DNA of 64,000 bases from Bacteroidota bacterium (GCA_021324685.1 JAJPIQ010000044.1:17066-81065); one strand, 5' to 3'; shown: positions 26,454 through 38,100, counted from the stretch's first letter. Translations and numbers: made by a program. The notes: generated from the sequence alone by a model not told the origin.

Positions 26454-28108
26454 AGCTCCCGATCCTATTTTTACTCGATGACGACTCGCAGGTGCTACGG
26501 GCGATTTCGCGCGACATCCGTCAGCGCTATAAGCAGGACTACCGTGTGCTTTCGACGGAGGACCCCGCGGAAGCACTCGAAAGCCTGAAAGAGCTCCGTC
26601 GCACGGGCGAGGAAGTGGCGCTCTTCCTTTCGGACCAACGCATGCCGCGTATTACCGGAGTCGAATTCCTCGAGCGCTCGAAGGAATTTTTCCCCGAGGC
26701 GAAACGAGCGTTACTTACGGCGTATTCGGATATCGATACGGCGATCAAAGCGATCAACGAAGTCGAACTCGATTATTATCTGCTGAAACCCTGGGACCCG
26801 CCGGAAGAGAAATTGTTTCCTGTTATCGATGAGTTGCTTGAGGAGTGGCAGGCGAGTTACAAGCCGGAACTTCCCGGCATCCGCCTTATTGGGTACCAGT
26901 TCTCTCCAAAATCGCACGCCATTAAAGAATTTTTGGCCGGGCATCTTATTCCGTACCAGTGGCTCGATGTCGAGACCAACCCAAAGGCTAAAGAGATTCT
27001 GGAGTTGAATGGGCTTACCGTCGCTTCGCTTCCCGCCGTATTCCTTGAGGATGGATCGGTTGCGGTCGATCTCGAGATGCGGTCCCTTGCTGAGAAGCTT
27101 GGGCTGCGTCCGACGCCGAGTTCCAACATGTACGATGTTGTTATCATTGGCGCTGGGCCGGCCGGCCTTGCGGCAGCCGTTTATGCTGGTTCGGAAGGTC
27201 TCAAGACCCTGCTCATCGAAAAACATTCGCCGGGGGGACAGGCGGGGACGAGTTCCCGCATTGAAAATTACCTCGGGTTTCCCAAAGGCCTGAGCGGTTC
27301 GGAGCTTACCCGGCGTGCCGTTGCACAGGCCACGCGATTTGGAATCGAATTCCTCACACCGCAGGAAGTCCTGCGTCTTTCATCGGCGGACCAATATAAA
27401 ACGGTTCATCTTGCCGATGGCGCCGAAATTCATACCAGAAGTATCATTATTACCACCGGGGTATCCTATCGGACGCTGGAAACAAAAGGTATTGCCGGAC
27501 TGACCGGAGCAGGCGTTTATTACGGTGCTGCTAACGTTGAAGCAGCGCAATTCCGAGGAAAACAGGTCTTTGTAATCGGCGGTGGGAATTCTGCAGGCCA
27601 GGCCGCGCTGCACCTCTCCAAATTTGCGGCGAACGTATTTATTGTGATTCGAAAAAAGGACCTGACATCGACCATGTCATCGTACCTTATCGACCAGATC
27701 GCTCGAACGGAAAACGTGGCTCTGTTGGCCGAGTCCGAAGTGATCGAAGCTCAGGGCTCCGAGCATTTAGAAGCTCTCGTTCTTCAAACGGCCGGCGGTG
27801 AACGCTATACAAAGAGCGCAGATGCGCTGTTTATCATGATCGGTGCGCGCCCTTATACCGACTGGATCCAGTCGGGTATTATGAAAGACGATCGCGGATT
27901 TATTGTCACCGGCCGGGATCTGCGTACCTCTGAAAAATTCAATGGGGGCTGGAAATTGAAACGCGACCCCTATTTGCTGGAGACCTGCTGTCCGGGAATT
28001 TTTGCAGCGGGCGATGTCCGGGCCGGCGCTATGAACCGCGTTGCCAGTGCCGTGGGCGAGGGTGCCATGGCCGTCAGTTTCGTTCATCAATATCTTGCCG
28101 AAGTGTGA
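26450..28108 (+). CDS. Receiver domain fused to a glutaredoxin-like domain and a thioredoxin-reductase-like FAD oxidoreductase
   Basis: LLDDD...SDQRMP...LLTAY...KPW receiver; GAGPAG, GGQAGTSSRIENYLGFP, GGGNSAG, GIFAAGD. Confidence 0.92.
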   Translation: MKLPILFLLDDDSQVLRAISRDIRQRYKQDYRVLSTEDPAEALESLKELRRTGEEVALFLSDQRMPRITGVEFLERSKEFFPEAKRALLTAYSDIDTAIKAINEVELDYYLLKPWDPPEEKLFPVIDELLEEWQASYKPELPGIRLIGYQFSPKSHAIKEFLAGHLIPYQWLDVETNPKAKEILELNGLTVASLPAVFLEDGSVAVDLEMRSLAEKLGLRPTPSSNMYDVVIIGAGPAGLAAAVYAGSEGLKTLLIEKHSPGGQAGTSSRIENYLGFPKGLSGSELTRRAVAQATRFGIEFLTPQEVLRLSSADQYKTVHLADGAEIHTRSIIITTGVSYRTLETKGIAGLTGAGVYYGAANVEAAQFRGKQVFVIGGGNSAGQAALHLSKFAANVFIVIRKKDLTSTMSSYLIDQIARTENVALLAESEVIEAQGSEHLEALVLQTAGGERYTKSADALFIMIGARPYTDWIQSGIMKDDRGFIVTGRDLRTSEKFNGGWKLKRDPYLLETCCPGIFAAGDVRAGAMNRVASAVGEGAMAVSFVHQYLAEV

Positions 28109-28620
28109 GTGAGGACCTCGTTCTCCTTGCCCGTATCCGAAAGCCCCATGGGATCAAAGGGGAACTTTCGCTGGAATCCTTCTCTTTCGACGACCGGCGT
28201 TTCCTTAAGCTTAAAAAAGTTCTCGTGCGACTTCCGGATGGCGCGGTTTCCGAGCATGCCATTCGGCATGTGCGCATTTCCGGTCAGGGTGTTTTGTTGA
28301 CGTTCGAAGGAATTGAAGATCGAACGTCCGCCGAGGCGTTCCGCGGTGCCGAATTGTTTATTGCAGAGTCCGAGCGGCCAAAACTTCCCAAGGGACGTTT
28401 TTATTACGATCAGATTATTGGCATGACCGTCATCGACGATGACACCGGTGTCGCGATCGGACGGGTAAAGAATGTGCTCGATATGCCGGCGGGGGATGTT
28501 TTTGTGCTCGACCTGGAAGGACGCGAGCATCTCATTTCGAACGCCGGAGAGGAAGTTCGAGCGATCGATGTCAGGAAAAAGGAGCTTCGTGTATTGCTTT
28601 TAAAGCCGTACGGCGAATAG
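28105..28620 (+). CDS. rimM: Ribosome maturation factor RimM
   Basis: ARIRKPHGIKGEL, FEGIEDRTSAE, FYYDQIIG, PRC barrel. Confidence 0.92.
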   Translation: MSEDLVLLARIRKPHGIKGELSLESFSFDDRRFLKLKKVLVRLPDGAVSEHAIRHVRISGQGVLLTFEGIEDRTSAEAFRGAELFIAESERPKLPKGRFYYDQIIGMTVIDDDTGVAIGRVKNVLDMPAGDVFVLDLEGREHLISNAGEEVRAIDVRKKELRVLLLKPYGE

Positions 28621-28655
28621 CGCGAGGGGGCTTAGAGCTCTAACCGCGAATAGCG

Positions 28656-29024
28656 TCAGGCCGAGTGAGCTGCTCCGTTCGTCGCGGGTTCGGGCATGGC
28701 GCTTACATCCATCCGCTTTTTTCGAACGCCCGCAAGAATACCGATAGGAACAATAACGCAATACCCGAGCAGCAATAAAATGGGGCTCACGGTAAGCGCC
28801 ATATCGCTCATGGTCGGGCTGAAGTACATTACGAGATAGCCAACGACGATCACAACGATGCCAATTGCGAGAATGCGATAATTCTTTGCATCGAATGGCA
28901 TTTCGAAGGGACGCATCGCCTTCACACCTTCATTTTTCTTAGCTCTGGCCGGAATGGGCCGGCCAGGGGCCTGGCGGGGTGTCGGGCGGGATGAGCGGAC
29001 CGGAGTTGTAGTGGTTTTTGCCAT
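28656..29024 (-). CDS. DUF3098-like small membrane protein
   Basis: MPFDAKNYRILAIG and SPILLLLGYCVIVPIGIL; two TM helices. Confidence 0.7.
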   Translation of the reverse strand: MAKTTTTPVRSSRPTPRQAPGRPIPARAKKNEGVKAMRPFEMPFDAKNYRILAIGIVVIVVGYLVMYFSPTMSDMALTVSPILLLLGYCVIVPIGILAGVRKKRMDVSAMPEPATNGAAHSA

Positions 29025-29044
29025 AGAATGATCTGAGTCGAACG

Positions 29045-29776
29045 TTAACTTGCCTGGGATTCAACTTGTTCCACCGAAACGCTCCCGTCAAACGTGGCTG
29101 AGGACTCTCTAAAAATGCCGCTTTCCAGGTGCAGAACGCGATCGGCTTGCTTAGCAAGTTCGAGATTGTGCGTCGCGATCAGGAACGTCTGGTGATGCTT
29201 TCGAGAAAGCTCGAGCATGAGACGAAATAAAACATCGCTGTTGCGCGTATCGAGATTACCCGTCGGTTCATCGGCAAGGACCACGGCCGGTCGCATCATA
29301 AAGGCACGGGCTACGGCTACCCGTTGGGACTCGCCTCCGGAAAGCATCGAAGGCCGGTGCTCCAGTCGCTCGCCAAGTCCGGCATCCGTGAGCAGTTCGG
29401 CCGCACGGACGCGGGCTTCATCGAACGTTTGCCCCGCGATCATGGCCGGCATGGCTACATTTTCGAGTGCGGTGAATTCCGGCAGTAAGTGATGGAACTG
29501 AAAGATGAAGCCGATACGCTGGTTTCGAAAGGCACTCAGTTCTGTGTCCTGCATTGCCGCAACTTGTTTTCCCTCGATAATGACTTCGCCGCTCGTCGGC
29601 CGATCGAGGGTGCCAAGTAAATGCAGCAACGTGCTTTTACCCGAGCCGGAAGGGCCAATGAGGGTAGCGAGTTCGCCCTCTTCGAGTTCGAATGAAAGAT
29701 CACAAAACACTTCAACATCCACGCGGCCACGGACGGCAAAGCGTTTCGTTAAATTCTTCGCTTGTAAAATTGACAT
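29045..29776 (-). CDS. lolD: LolD-like ABC transporter ATP-binding protein
   Basis: [41 protein letters not shown]. Confidence 0.75.
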   Translation of the reverse strand: MSILQAKNLTKRFAVRGRVDVEVFCDLSFELEEGELATLIGPSGSGKSTLLHLLGTLDRPTSGEVIIEGKQVAAMQDTELSAFRNQRIGFIFQFHHLLPEFTALENVAMPAMIAGQTFDEARVRAAELLTDAGLGERLEHRPSMLSGGESQRVAVARAFMMRPAVVLADEPTGNLDTRNSDVLFRLMLELSRKHHQTFLIATHNLELAKQADRVLHLESGIFRESSATFDGSVSVEQVESQAS

Positions 29777-29886
29777 GTCGAAGATCTAACAAGCGCTTTT
29801 GTAAATGGAATTCAATAAATAATGGGAGGACTGCCTTAATCCTGGCGTAACCGTTGCCTCGCATAACCGTATCTTAACAATACGGA

Positions 29887-31224
29887 ATGACGCTTCAGCC
29901 CCTTGCCATCAAACGGACCGCTCTGGGACTTTTTTCGGACATGTTCCGGTCGCTCCGGCACCGAAATTATCGACTGTTCTTTTTCGGACAGCTTATTTCG
30001 CTCATCGGGACCTGGCTTCAAAACACCGCGCTCGCGTGGCTGGTATATTCGCTTACGAAAGATGCCATGACGCTCGGGATCATGAGCTTTTTAGGCTCGA
30101 TCCCAATCCTTTTTCTATCGATCTATGCCGGAACCGTTGCCGACGAATACCCAAAGCGCGGCATACTGGTCATTACTCAATCTTCGGCCGGATTGCGTTC
30201 CTTACTTGTTGCTGTTGCGATCTGGACGGGACACGCTTCGATCGTTGTGCTTGGCATAGCCGCTCTTCTCCTTGGTTCGATCAATGCGTTCGACATGCCG
30301 ACGCGCCAGGCCTTTGTCGTTGAAATGGCAAGCAAGGAGGATGTGACGAACGCCGTTGCATTAAATTCTTCCGTGTTCAATGCAGCCCGGTTGCTGGGCC
30401 CCGCGCTCGCAGGAGTGATCATTACGGTCCTTTCTATCGCGATGTGCTTTTTCTTAGACGGCATTTCCTATATTGCCGTTATCATTGGACTACTCATGAT
30501 GCGCTTCGATCGGAAGCACGTTCACGCGCGCGTTCGTGAGACGTCGCGCATGGCAGCGATGAAAGAAGGAGTCACGTATCTTTACTCGATTCCGCAATTT
30601 CGCGCGCTGATGTTCCTTGTCATCGGAATGACGCTCTTCGGTTGGAGTTACACGGTAAATCTTCCCGTCGTTGCGGGCAATCTTCCAGGCGGCAATGCGA
30701 CCGAATATGGCGCACTGCTCGCCGCCAATGGTGCCGGGGCATTGCTTGCGGCGCTCAGCCAGGCGGCGATGGCCGGGAAGCTCGATTCCAGAAAAATGAT
30801 CTTTGTCGGCCTTGGTGTTTTTATCGTGGCACTCTTCGGACTCGCCATGGTGCACACTACACTCGCCTCTGTTATCCTCCTTGTCGGTATCGGATGGGGA
30901 ATTATCACATTTTTTATTACCGCTAATACGACGCTCCAACGGCGCGTACCGGACGAACTTCGCGGTCGCGTCATGAGCATTTATTCTTTTGCATTCGCAG
31001 GCCTTTATCCATTTGGCAGCCTTCTGGCTGGATGGCTTGCTTCACGATATGGCGTTCCGAATGCTTTTCGGATAAATGCCGTGATCCTTGCGGCCATTAC
31101 AATACCCGCATTTCTTTTCGTAAGGAAACTGCCCCGCCTTACAACGACTCCAGAGGTTTCGGTCGAAGAACTACTTGTCAGCGAACAGGAGATCTTCGAA
31201 GCGGAACAGATTTCGAGAAGTTAG
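29887..31224 (+). CDS. MFS transporter (MFS_3/DUF894 type)
   Basis: About 12 TM segments; LRHRNYRLFFFGQLISLIGTWLQ, PTRQAF, RGRVMS. Confidence 0.9.
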   Translation: MTLQPLAIKRTALGLFSDMFRSLRHRNYRLFFFGQLISLIGTWLQNTALAWLVYSLTKDAMTLGIMSFLGSIPILFLSIYAGTVADEYPKRGILVITQSSAGLRSLLVAVAIWTGHASIVVLGIAALLLGSINAFDMPTRQAFVVEMASKEDVTNAVALNSSVFNAARLLGPALAGVIITVLSIAMCFFLDGISYIAVIIGLLMMRFDRKHVHARVRETSRMAAMKEGVTYLYSIPQFRALMFLVIGMTLFGWSYTVNLPVVAGNLPGGNATEYGALLAANGAGALLAALSQAAMAGKLDSRKMIFVGLGVFIVALFGLAMVHTTLASVILLVGIGWGIITFFITANTTLQRRVPDELRGRVMSIYSFAFAGLYPFGSLLAGWLASRYGVPNAFRINAVILAAITIPAFLFVRKLPRLTTTPEVSVEELLVSEQEIFEAEQISRS

Positions 31225-31294
31225 CCTTATAGGGGGACCAAGACTGCCCCTTTTCTAATAATCCGTTCTTCACTTTCTAAGGGAGGATCAAAAA

Positions 31295-31699
31295 ATGTTA
31301 GCGTTTGTCCTGCTCCGGGGAAAAGACTTTAGTTTACCCGACGGTGTCAGTACCGCAATCATTGGCCTGTTTTTCGGCCTAATCTGCGGCCTTTTTTACT
31401 ATCAGCATTATTATAAGCAGTGGTACTGGGCGATTTCGCTCCTTGGCGGCCTTGTGCTCACGAACATTTCCCACTCCATTTTTCTGCGCTATTTTAGCGG
31501 GGATGATACCAGTGCGATCGAGTTAACCATTGCCTCGTTCGTTATTCCATTCCTGCTCACGCTCGCATTGAACCATCTTCTATACCAGGTCAAGCAGCGC
31601 AAACGACGGAAACGTGTTCGCCGACGTGAGCACTCGCGTTTTTTCGATACGGTCGATCCCGGCGAGGCGCTGCACCGCTCGCGCGATGTCGCAGCTTAA
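31295..31699 (+). CDS. Hypothetical membrane protein
   Basis: Three hydrophobic segments and a basic C-terminal tail. Confidence 0.65.
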   Translation: MLAFVLLRGKDFSLPDGVSTAIIGLFFGLICGLFYYQHYYKQWYWAISLLGGLVLTNISHSIFLRYFSGDDTSAIELTIASFVIPFLLTLALNHLLYQVKQRKRRKRVRRREHSRFFDTVDPGEALHRSRDVAA

Positions 31700-31709
31700 G
31701 ATTTTTGTT

Positions 31710-32072
31710 ATGAAAATCTTCGTTCCGGCCGTCCTACCGGCCGCCCTTCTAGCCGTTGCGATCGGCTGCTCGAATGCTCCGATCATTCCGGAATATATGA
31801 TTATTCAGCCAGATACGCTCATACTGCGTGCTCCGACGGCCGACACGACCGTTTCCATCACTCATTCCTGTACCTGTCCATTCTCATGGAATTCGACAGT
31901 TAATCCACCTTCTCCATGGCTTACCTTCCAAAATTATCAGAGTGGAGATAGAATGAATATTCCGATTTCAATCGACCGTACAAAGCTTACGTCGGATACT
32001 TCCCGGGCCATCGTTTCCATTGCCTCGAACAGCTATGGCGATACGACCATCGTGATCGAGGCGATAAAATAA
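31710..32072 (+). CDS. Small lipoprotein with a BACON/Ig-like domain
   Basis: Lipobox LAVAIGC; FSW...PWLTF pattern. Confidence 0.68.
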   Translation: MKIFVPAVLPAALLAVAIGCSNAPIIPEYMIIQPDTLILRAPTADTTVSITHSCTCPFSWNSTVNPPSPWLTFQNYQSGDRMNIPISIDRTKLTSDTSRAIVSIASNSYGDTTIVIEAIK

Positions 32073-32075
32073 CGC

Positions 32076-35000
32076 TTAAAAATTCTGCCGGACCATTGCG
32101 ACAAATCGGAAAGCAAGTTTCTGTTCGCCGGACACGGGTTTGTCGAGGTAAAGCGGGAAATCGAGTTGCAGTTCGGTCCGTTCGAGATCTACGTCCCAGG
32201 CGCCTTGCGGCCTTCCATTAATGCCGAAAAAGCGAAGTCCGACGCCAGCATCGCTTTTTAGTTCACTCCTCAGCGTACACGTACAAAAGGCGTCGGTTAC
32301 GAGGCCCGCATCGCCGAAGAGGGTGAGCCCAAACAGGTCGAATACATCGCCAATATAGGGAATATCGCGAAGGAACGAAAATGGGAAGAGCGAGCGGTTC
32401 CCAATCTCGAACGAGCCGCTGGCCGCAACTCTGCCATAGACATTATTTGCGCCATAATATCCACGAAGTAAAGGACCGCTCATGACCGCATTCCGAATTT
32501 TATCACGAACACCGGTACCGAAATTCGAGCCATAGAGATCGGAAAAATGATCGACATCGCTCGGGCTTGCCAGTTGAAAAAGCGATTGGTGTGGAAGCGG
32601 CCGGTCGATCGGCTGCATCGAACCTCCAAACATGCGAAGGAACACATTCCAATTGTAACTCAGGTCGAAGCGATCGTCCAGCATGCCAGCGAGTTTAGTA
32701 TAGGTCATTCTCGGGTCGCCCAAGCCACCTTCGCCAGCACCGGCAACGGTAAGGGCATTACCTCCGGCATCGTCATGGAAGGTATATCCAAAATATCCGC
32801 GGTCGAGGGGTGGTGCACTTCCGGAATGCGCGTTCCAGATATCGCCCGAAGCATCGAACCCTGCTTCGATGATATGCAGTGGGTCCTGCGTTCCAGGAAC
32901 GTTTATGACATGGGAATATCGGAAGCCATAGAATTCAATACTATCGGGATGTGCGAGCAGGAGGTCGATATCGCTCGAGGGAGAAAACGCATCGAAGGCG
33001 CTATGATATTGGATCGCGCCGCCCGCTAAAATTTTTCCTTCATGCGCAACGCCAATCCGCGGTCCAAGCGCGATGCGGTCCGTCCGGTCTAAATAACTTC
33101 CAAAGAAGGTCCACCCCAAAAGCCATCCATGAGAAAAATCGGCGGCGAGCGGAGCGATATACGGGGCGGAACGGACCGCATATTTATCGATCGGTTTGAC
33201 GTCCCCAAAGATTTTCGGGGCCAGACTTACTTCCATGGGTGGGATCCACCGGCTTGTATTATTCAGCCGATTCACATCGAGCAATTCACGGCTCGGATTG
33301 ATCTCAACTTTGCACGGAGGTTTTTGGAAGGTATAGGAATACGTACGCTCATCGGCTACGGTGCGAAGCCAATCGTCCACGGGGATCCATTTTTGTTCGG
33401 TGCTGCCGTCCTCGAACGTGAAGACAAGGTCCAGCGGCATCACAGCGCGTTCATTTCGCTTAATTCGGACGGTCGCCGTATTGCCGCGAACATCGAAATC
33501 GTCCACGGCATAATCGAGCTTCCAGGTCTGCTCGAACCACTCATTGAAAAACCAGCGGAGATCGCCGCGCGCGCGAACGCGGTTCGTATCGCCTTCTTCG
33601 CGCTCGATGTCCTCGGCGGCATTGAGCAGGTCGTCCGGATACGGATGCTTCGTACGCCAGCGCTCGTAATAAAGCTTCATAAAATCGGCGAACGCTTTTT
33701 CACCCATGGTGTAGCGAAGCATGAAAAACACGCTTGCCGTGTGCGGGTAGGTCGCTTCCGCATAATCGCGGTAGCTTAAGAAGAGATCGGCCTTTTGTTT
33801 GGCCGGTTCGGCATTGCCGGAAAGCTGTTGTAGAATGGACGCGCGGTAGTTCGCAGTTCGTTCGTCGTCATTAAAACCGAGTCCCGGACCGTAGGAATTA
33901 TTCCAGCGCCCGAAATATCGTTCCTGAACGAACGTCGTAATGAACGTATTGAAGCCTTCGTCCATATAGCCATAATCGGTCTCGTTCGAACCCATCATCA
34001 TCGGATACCACTCATGGCCAAGTTCATGCATCATGGTGTTCTGTGGCCAGTGGAATTCCGAGCCATTTTCGTAAGGCCCGACGTACACAATTCCTGGATA
34101 TTCCATCCCCCCCTCGTATGTTTCGCACATAAACATATTGGGGTAGATATACTTGCCGGCAAACGCCGAATTGGTCTGTTCGGTGAGTAAGACAATCCGA
34201 GCTGCTTCACGTCCCCAGAAGGCGCGAGAATTATTCCAATAGAGCGCTTGGTGCATGACGCCGCCATCATAGACCGCGTCCCAGATATAAGCTTCGTCCA
34301 TGCACCAGGCAAAATCGCGCACGGAATCGGCATGGAACTTCCAGGTCTTCATCGGTTCGTTTGACGAAATCGCCCGATACCGATACTCCGAACGGTCAGA
34401 TATATGAATGATGGAATCTGGATATTCTTTCGCCAGGGCCAGGTGTTCGCGAGCGTCTTGGGAAAGGACTTCGTCGGGATTCGTAAGCCAGCCAGTCGTG
34501 ACGACCGTCGAAAAGCGCTCGGGGACCGTCAGCGAAACATCGAAGGAACCATAATCGGTATAAAACTCGCCCATGCCGATATATTGATCGGGATGCCAGC
34601 CATGATTATCGTAGACGCAGACCTGCGGGTACCATTGTGCCGTCGAAAAATTGCGAGCGCTGTTGTCGTGCCATCCCCACGTGGACCGGATGCCGTAATT
34701 GGGAAGGATTCCGTGCCAATCGAACGATAATGTAATATGACTGCCAGGAGCAAGAGGATCTATGAATACACGCATTACGGTATTGTCAATTTCATATCGA
34801 GGGCTTATAATGAATCTGCTTCCAGCGTAGCTGAGACTCTTTATATTTATCCCCCCATGTCCATATTTATCCCCCGGATCGTGATTGCGCTCTGGTGCGG
34901 TCTCGCCGTAGCTACCGTTTGTAAAGAGGTTCCAATAGAGATGAAAATACAGCTCGTGCAGCGTGTCTGGCGAATTATTAGTGTATTCGAGCGAGCCGGT

Positions 35001-35156
35001 ACCGTCGATCGAGGGGGTTTGCGCATCGTCGTGAAATGTTGCCGCGAGCGTGTAGTGAACCTGCTGCTGAAAATAGGGAATACCGGTTGCTGCGGTTTGT
35101 GCAAACACAAACGAGGTGAACACGAATGAAAAAACAGCGACAAGAAAAGGCTTCAT
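32076..35156 (-). CDS. M1 aminopeptidase fused to a C-terminal Omp85-like beta-barrel (paralog 2)
   Basis: Signal peptide, AQWYP, GGMEYP, HELGH...MDEG; C-terminal LRGY, FGDAG, SDAGVGLRF and terminal Phe. Confidence 0.85.
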   Translation of the reverse strand: MKPFLVAVFSFVFTSFVFAQTAATGIPYFQQQVHYTLAATFHDDAQTPSIDGTGSLEYTNNSPDTLHELYFHLYWNLFTNGSYGETAPERNHDPGDKYGHGGINIKSLSYAGSRFIISPRYEIDNTVMRVFIDPLAPGSHITLSFDWHGILPNYGIRSTWGWHDNSARNFSTAQWYPQVCVYDNHGWHPDQYIGMGEFYTDYGSFDVSLTVPERFSTVVTTGWLTNPDEVLSQDAREHLALAKEYPDSIIHISDRSEYRYRAISSNEPMKTWKFHADSVRDFAWCMDEAYIWDAVYDGGVMHQALYWNNSRAFWGREAARIVLLTEQTNSAFAGKYIYPNMFMCETYEGGMEYPGIVYVGPYENGSEFHWPQNTMMHELGHEWYPMMMGSNETDYGYMDEGFNTFITTFVQERYFGRWNNSYGPGLGFNDDERTANYRASILQQLSGNAEPAKQKADLFLSYRDYAEATYPHTASVFFMLRYTMGEKAFADFMKLYYERWRTKHPYPDDLLNAAEDIEREEGDTNRVRARGDLRWFFNEWFEQTWKLDYAVDDFDVRGNTATVRIKRNERAVMPLDLVFTFEDGSTEQKWIPVDDWLRTVADERTYSYTFQKPPCKVEINPSRELLDVNRLNNTSRWIPPMEVSLAPKIFGDVKPIDKYAVRSAPYIAPLAADFSHGWLLGWTFFGSYLDRTDRIALGPRIGVAHEGKILAGGAIQYHSAFDAFSPSSDIDLLLAHPDSIEFYGFRYSHVINVPGTQDPLHIIEAGFDASGDIWNAHSGSAPPLDRGYFGYTFHDDAGGNALTVAGAGEGGLGDPRMTYTKLAGMLDDRFDLSYNWNVFLRMFGGSMQPIDRPLPHQSLFQLASPSDVDHFSDLYGSNFGTGVRDKIRNAVMSGPLLRGYYGANNVYGRVAASGSFEIGNRSLFPFSFLRDIPYIGDVFDLFGLTLFGDAGLVTDAFCTCTLRSELKSDAGVGLRFFGINGRPQGAWDVDLERTELQLDFPLYLDKPVSGEQKLAFRFVAMVRQNF

Positions 35157-35170
35157 AACGTGACGAGGAA

Positions 35171-38100
35171 TTAAAAGTCGGCACCGATCGAAAGCGCCCA
35201 TCGAAAAGCAACGTTTTTCGTTCCATCGACGGGATGGTTTTCATAAAACGGGAAATAGAAAGCGACCGCCGGGATCGGATCGTATTCTTCTGCAACACCG
35301 CGTAATTGGTGAGGCAGCCAGGAAAGAAGCTCGACCGCGAGTTCAACTCCAGCGTCCGTTCGAACCGCCCTGGGCGAATCGTACCAGTCATTGCCTGCCC
35401 ATCCGGCATCGGCGAAGAGGGCGGGGCGGAGGGACGCGAAAAAGCTCCACCAACCCGCGATCGGATTTGGAACGTCGAGATCGAAACTGGCGCCCGCCAT
35501 CTGCGTTCCAAAAATCGATTCGGCGTCGTTACCGGCATTATATCCGCGTACACCGGCCCCTCCCGGCACGAAAAGCGAACTATGCTCGTCCGCGGTGGCA
35601 TCCATGCTCGAAACGGCTCGATAAAATCCGCTCGATTGTTCTTCGTAATTATCGGCACGCGCCAGCCAGAAGCGTCGCTGATACGGTGTGTTTTCGGTTG
35701 CGGTTCCCGCCGCAAATCGGAAGTTACCATGCGTCCCGATAATCGGGAATTCGGTTCGGAACGTCGCTTGCAGTCGGGAGAAGCCGGGGTCGCTCGCCAG
35801 TACGCTGGTTTCTCCACGCACCTCGAGATGGGTAACTTCGCGCTCGTTCGTGAGAGCATAGGTAAATCCGGCAACCGTCGTATGGTCGCCGATCGTGCGC
35901 TCGTTTTTGGGAATATAATCGAGCGTCGGATCGAAAAATCCCCAGTGTGGGTGCCAGATGGGATAATCGTCCACACTAAGAAGGCGCTGGTCTTCTATAA
36001 ACAGCGAACCGGAATGCGTCGCGCCGAGCCGCCAGTATTCCGGCCGGAATGTTTTTGCGATGGCCGCATGCAGGGTGGCGATGCCATACATCTTTTCGGC
36101 ATCGAAGTTTACACTTCCCAGCCGTCCCAGCCAGTCGATCGGAGTGGAATAGGTGAGAGCCCCGTCGAGATCGTCGTACCATGGCTCTTGCGGATGGATC
36201 GTGATCCCCATGCTGTCCGTTAAGACACGATATCCGGGCTGGAACTTATAGAGGATTTTCGCATCGCCGGAAAAACTGTTGTTCATGCCGAATTTCGTTC
36301 CAAGTCCGACGTTCATTTTTGAAAATTGATCGTACGATACGATCGGTCGAAGGATCGAGTAATATTCGTCAATGGGCGCAAAAACATTTAGTTGTTTCCA
36401 TACGGCCCACGCTCCCGGCGGCATCCAAAGTCCTGCACGTGCGCTATAATTATTCAGCCAATTTAAGTCCTGCAAGCGCCAGGAGGTATCGATCTCGAAC
36501 CACGAGATCCGCTTTGGCGTAAGCAGAATTCCCTTATAATCCGGCGCGGTCCAGTCCCACTCCGGAAGATAACGGTACGGATTCACATTAATCCCGCGTG
36601 TATCAATAATTGGAGGGCTCTTCCGATATGCTCCATTTTTATTGACCGCGAGCGGTATCGTCGCAGCCTCGGTCGTGCCGTCCTCGTAATGCAATAATAA
36701 ATCGATCGGCATGACTGCAAGCCCATTATTTCGAAGTGTTATCTGATTCCACCAGCGATCAGGAGTATCGGCTGCGGTTTCGATAGAAGATACCGAAACC
36801 GCCTCATAATCCACGGTCCTGGTCGTCTTAAACCACTCATCGAAAAACCAATCGAGGCTCGTGTGGGAAACTTTTTCCATCACGCGCTTGAAATCGGTAA
36901 GGTGCGGATGTTTGAAATGCCACTCGTTGTAATATTCTTTCATTCCCGCCGCAAATGTGCTGTCGCCAAGCGTGTATTCGAGCATGTTAAGGATGGCAGC
37001 GGTCTTTCCATAGACCTGTCCGGCGGTCGCATCTTCTCGGAACCAATCGTGAGGAATATCGAGCGGCTCTTCGTAGCCCTGGGATGCGATCTCCTGATAG
37101 CCGCGATAGTTATCGCGCTTGTTGCTGAATTTCGGGATGAACCAATCGAGCCATGAATGCTCCTGGCCGGGATATTCCTGACGATCGCCAAAGAGTGCGT
37201 TCATGCACATGGTGGTGACGTAGGTCGTGAAGCCTTCGTCCATAAAGGCTTCACGCGTTTCATTCGAGCCGAGCATGCCGTAAAACCATTGATGCCCGAC
37301 TTCGTGTGCGATCACGCCTGCGAGCGATAGCGGGTTGGGGCGGTAGCCCGTGATCATGATCAGCTGGGGATATTCCATGCCGCCATCCCCCGCCATCGTA
37401 CAGGAAAAATTCCGGTATGCATAGGGACCGAAATGGTGACTATAGGTCGAAAGAGAAAAGAGCGAATAGGCGAGCGCATTTTTTTCCCAATAGGGCTGCG
37501 CCCAATGCTTATAAAACGCATGAATAGTAACGGGAGCACCGCTGGTGCTCGCCGAGTCATTCCACGTCATCCATTCGTGAATGTAATCGTCGTCCGCCAC
37601 CCAGGCAAAATCATGCACGGGCGATGCATGGAATTTCCAGGTCGTCAGTCCCGGAGTTCCAGCATTCGGGAGAGCAATTCCATCTGTTGCGCCGGCGGCG
37701 ATCTGGTCGTAACCGTGCCCGACTTCTTTCGGATTGAGGCATTCGCCGGTGGCTCCGACCGTAAAGCGCGAAGGCAGCGTAATTTCGACGCGGAAATCTC
37801 CCCAGACGCCATAAAACTCGCGCGAAACGTACTCCTGCGTTTGCCAGCCATCTGCATCGTACTCGGCGATCTTCGGATACCATTGCGCCATGGAATATTG
37901 GACGTGTTCTGCGGACATCCATCCGCTTCTTCGGATTTGCCGAGGAATTTGTTCGCGAAAGGGGAAGGCAATCGTCACCGAATCGCCGGGCGCGAGCGCG
38001 TTCGGCAATGTGACGCGCATGATCGTTCCGGTTATCTCGAAGCGGGAGGCTGTGCCGTCGCAGGCGATAACATGGATCCAATATTTTCCCCATTCGGATT

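Noticed and set aside
34978..36223. 332-aa and 305-aa alternative-frame ORFs over the M1-barrel genes
   Set aside because: Arg/Ser/Pro-rich, fully overlapping confident CDSs; no evidence of a frameshift or overprinting
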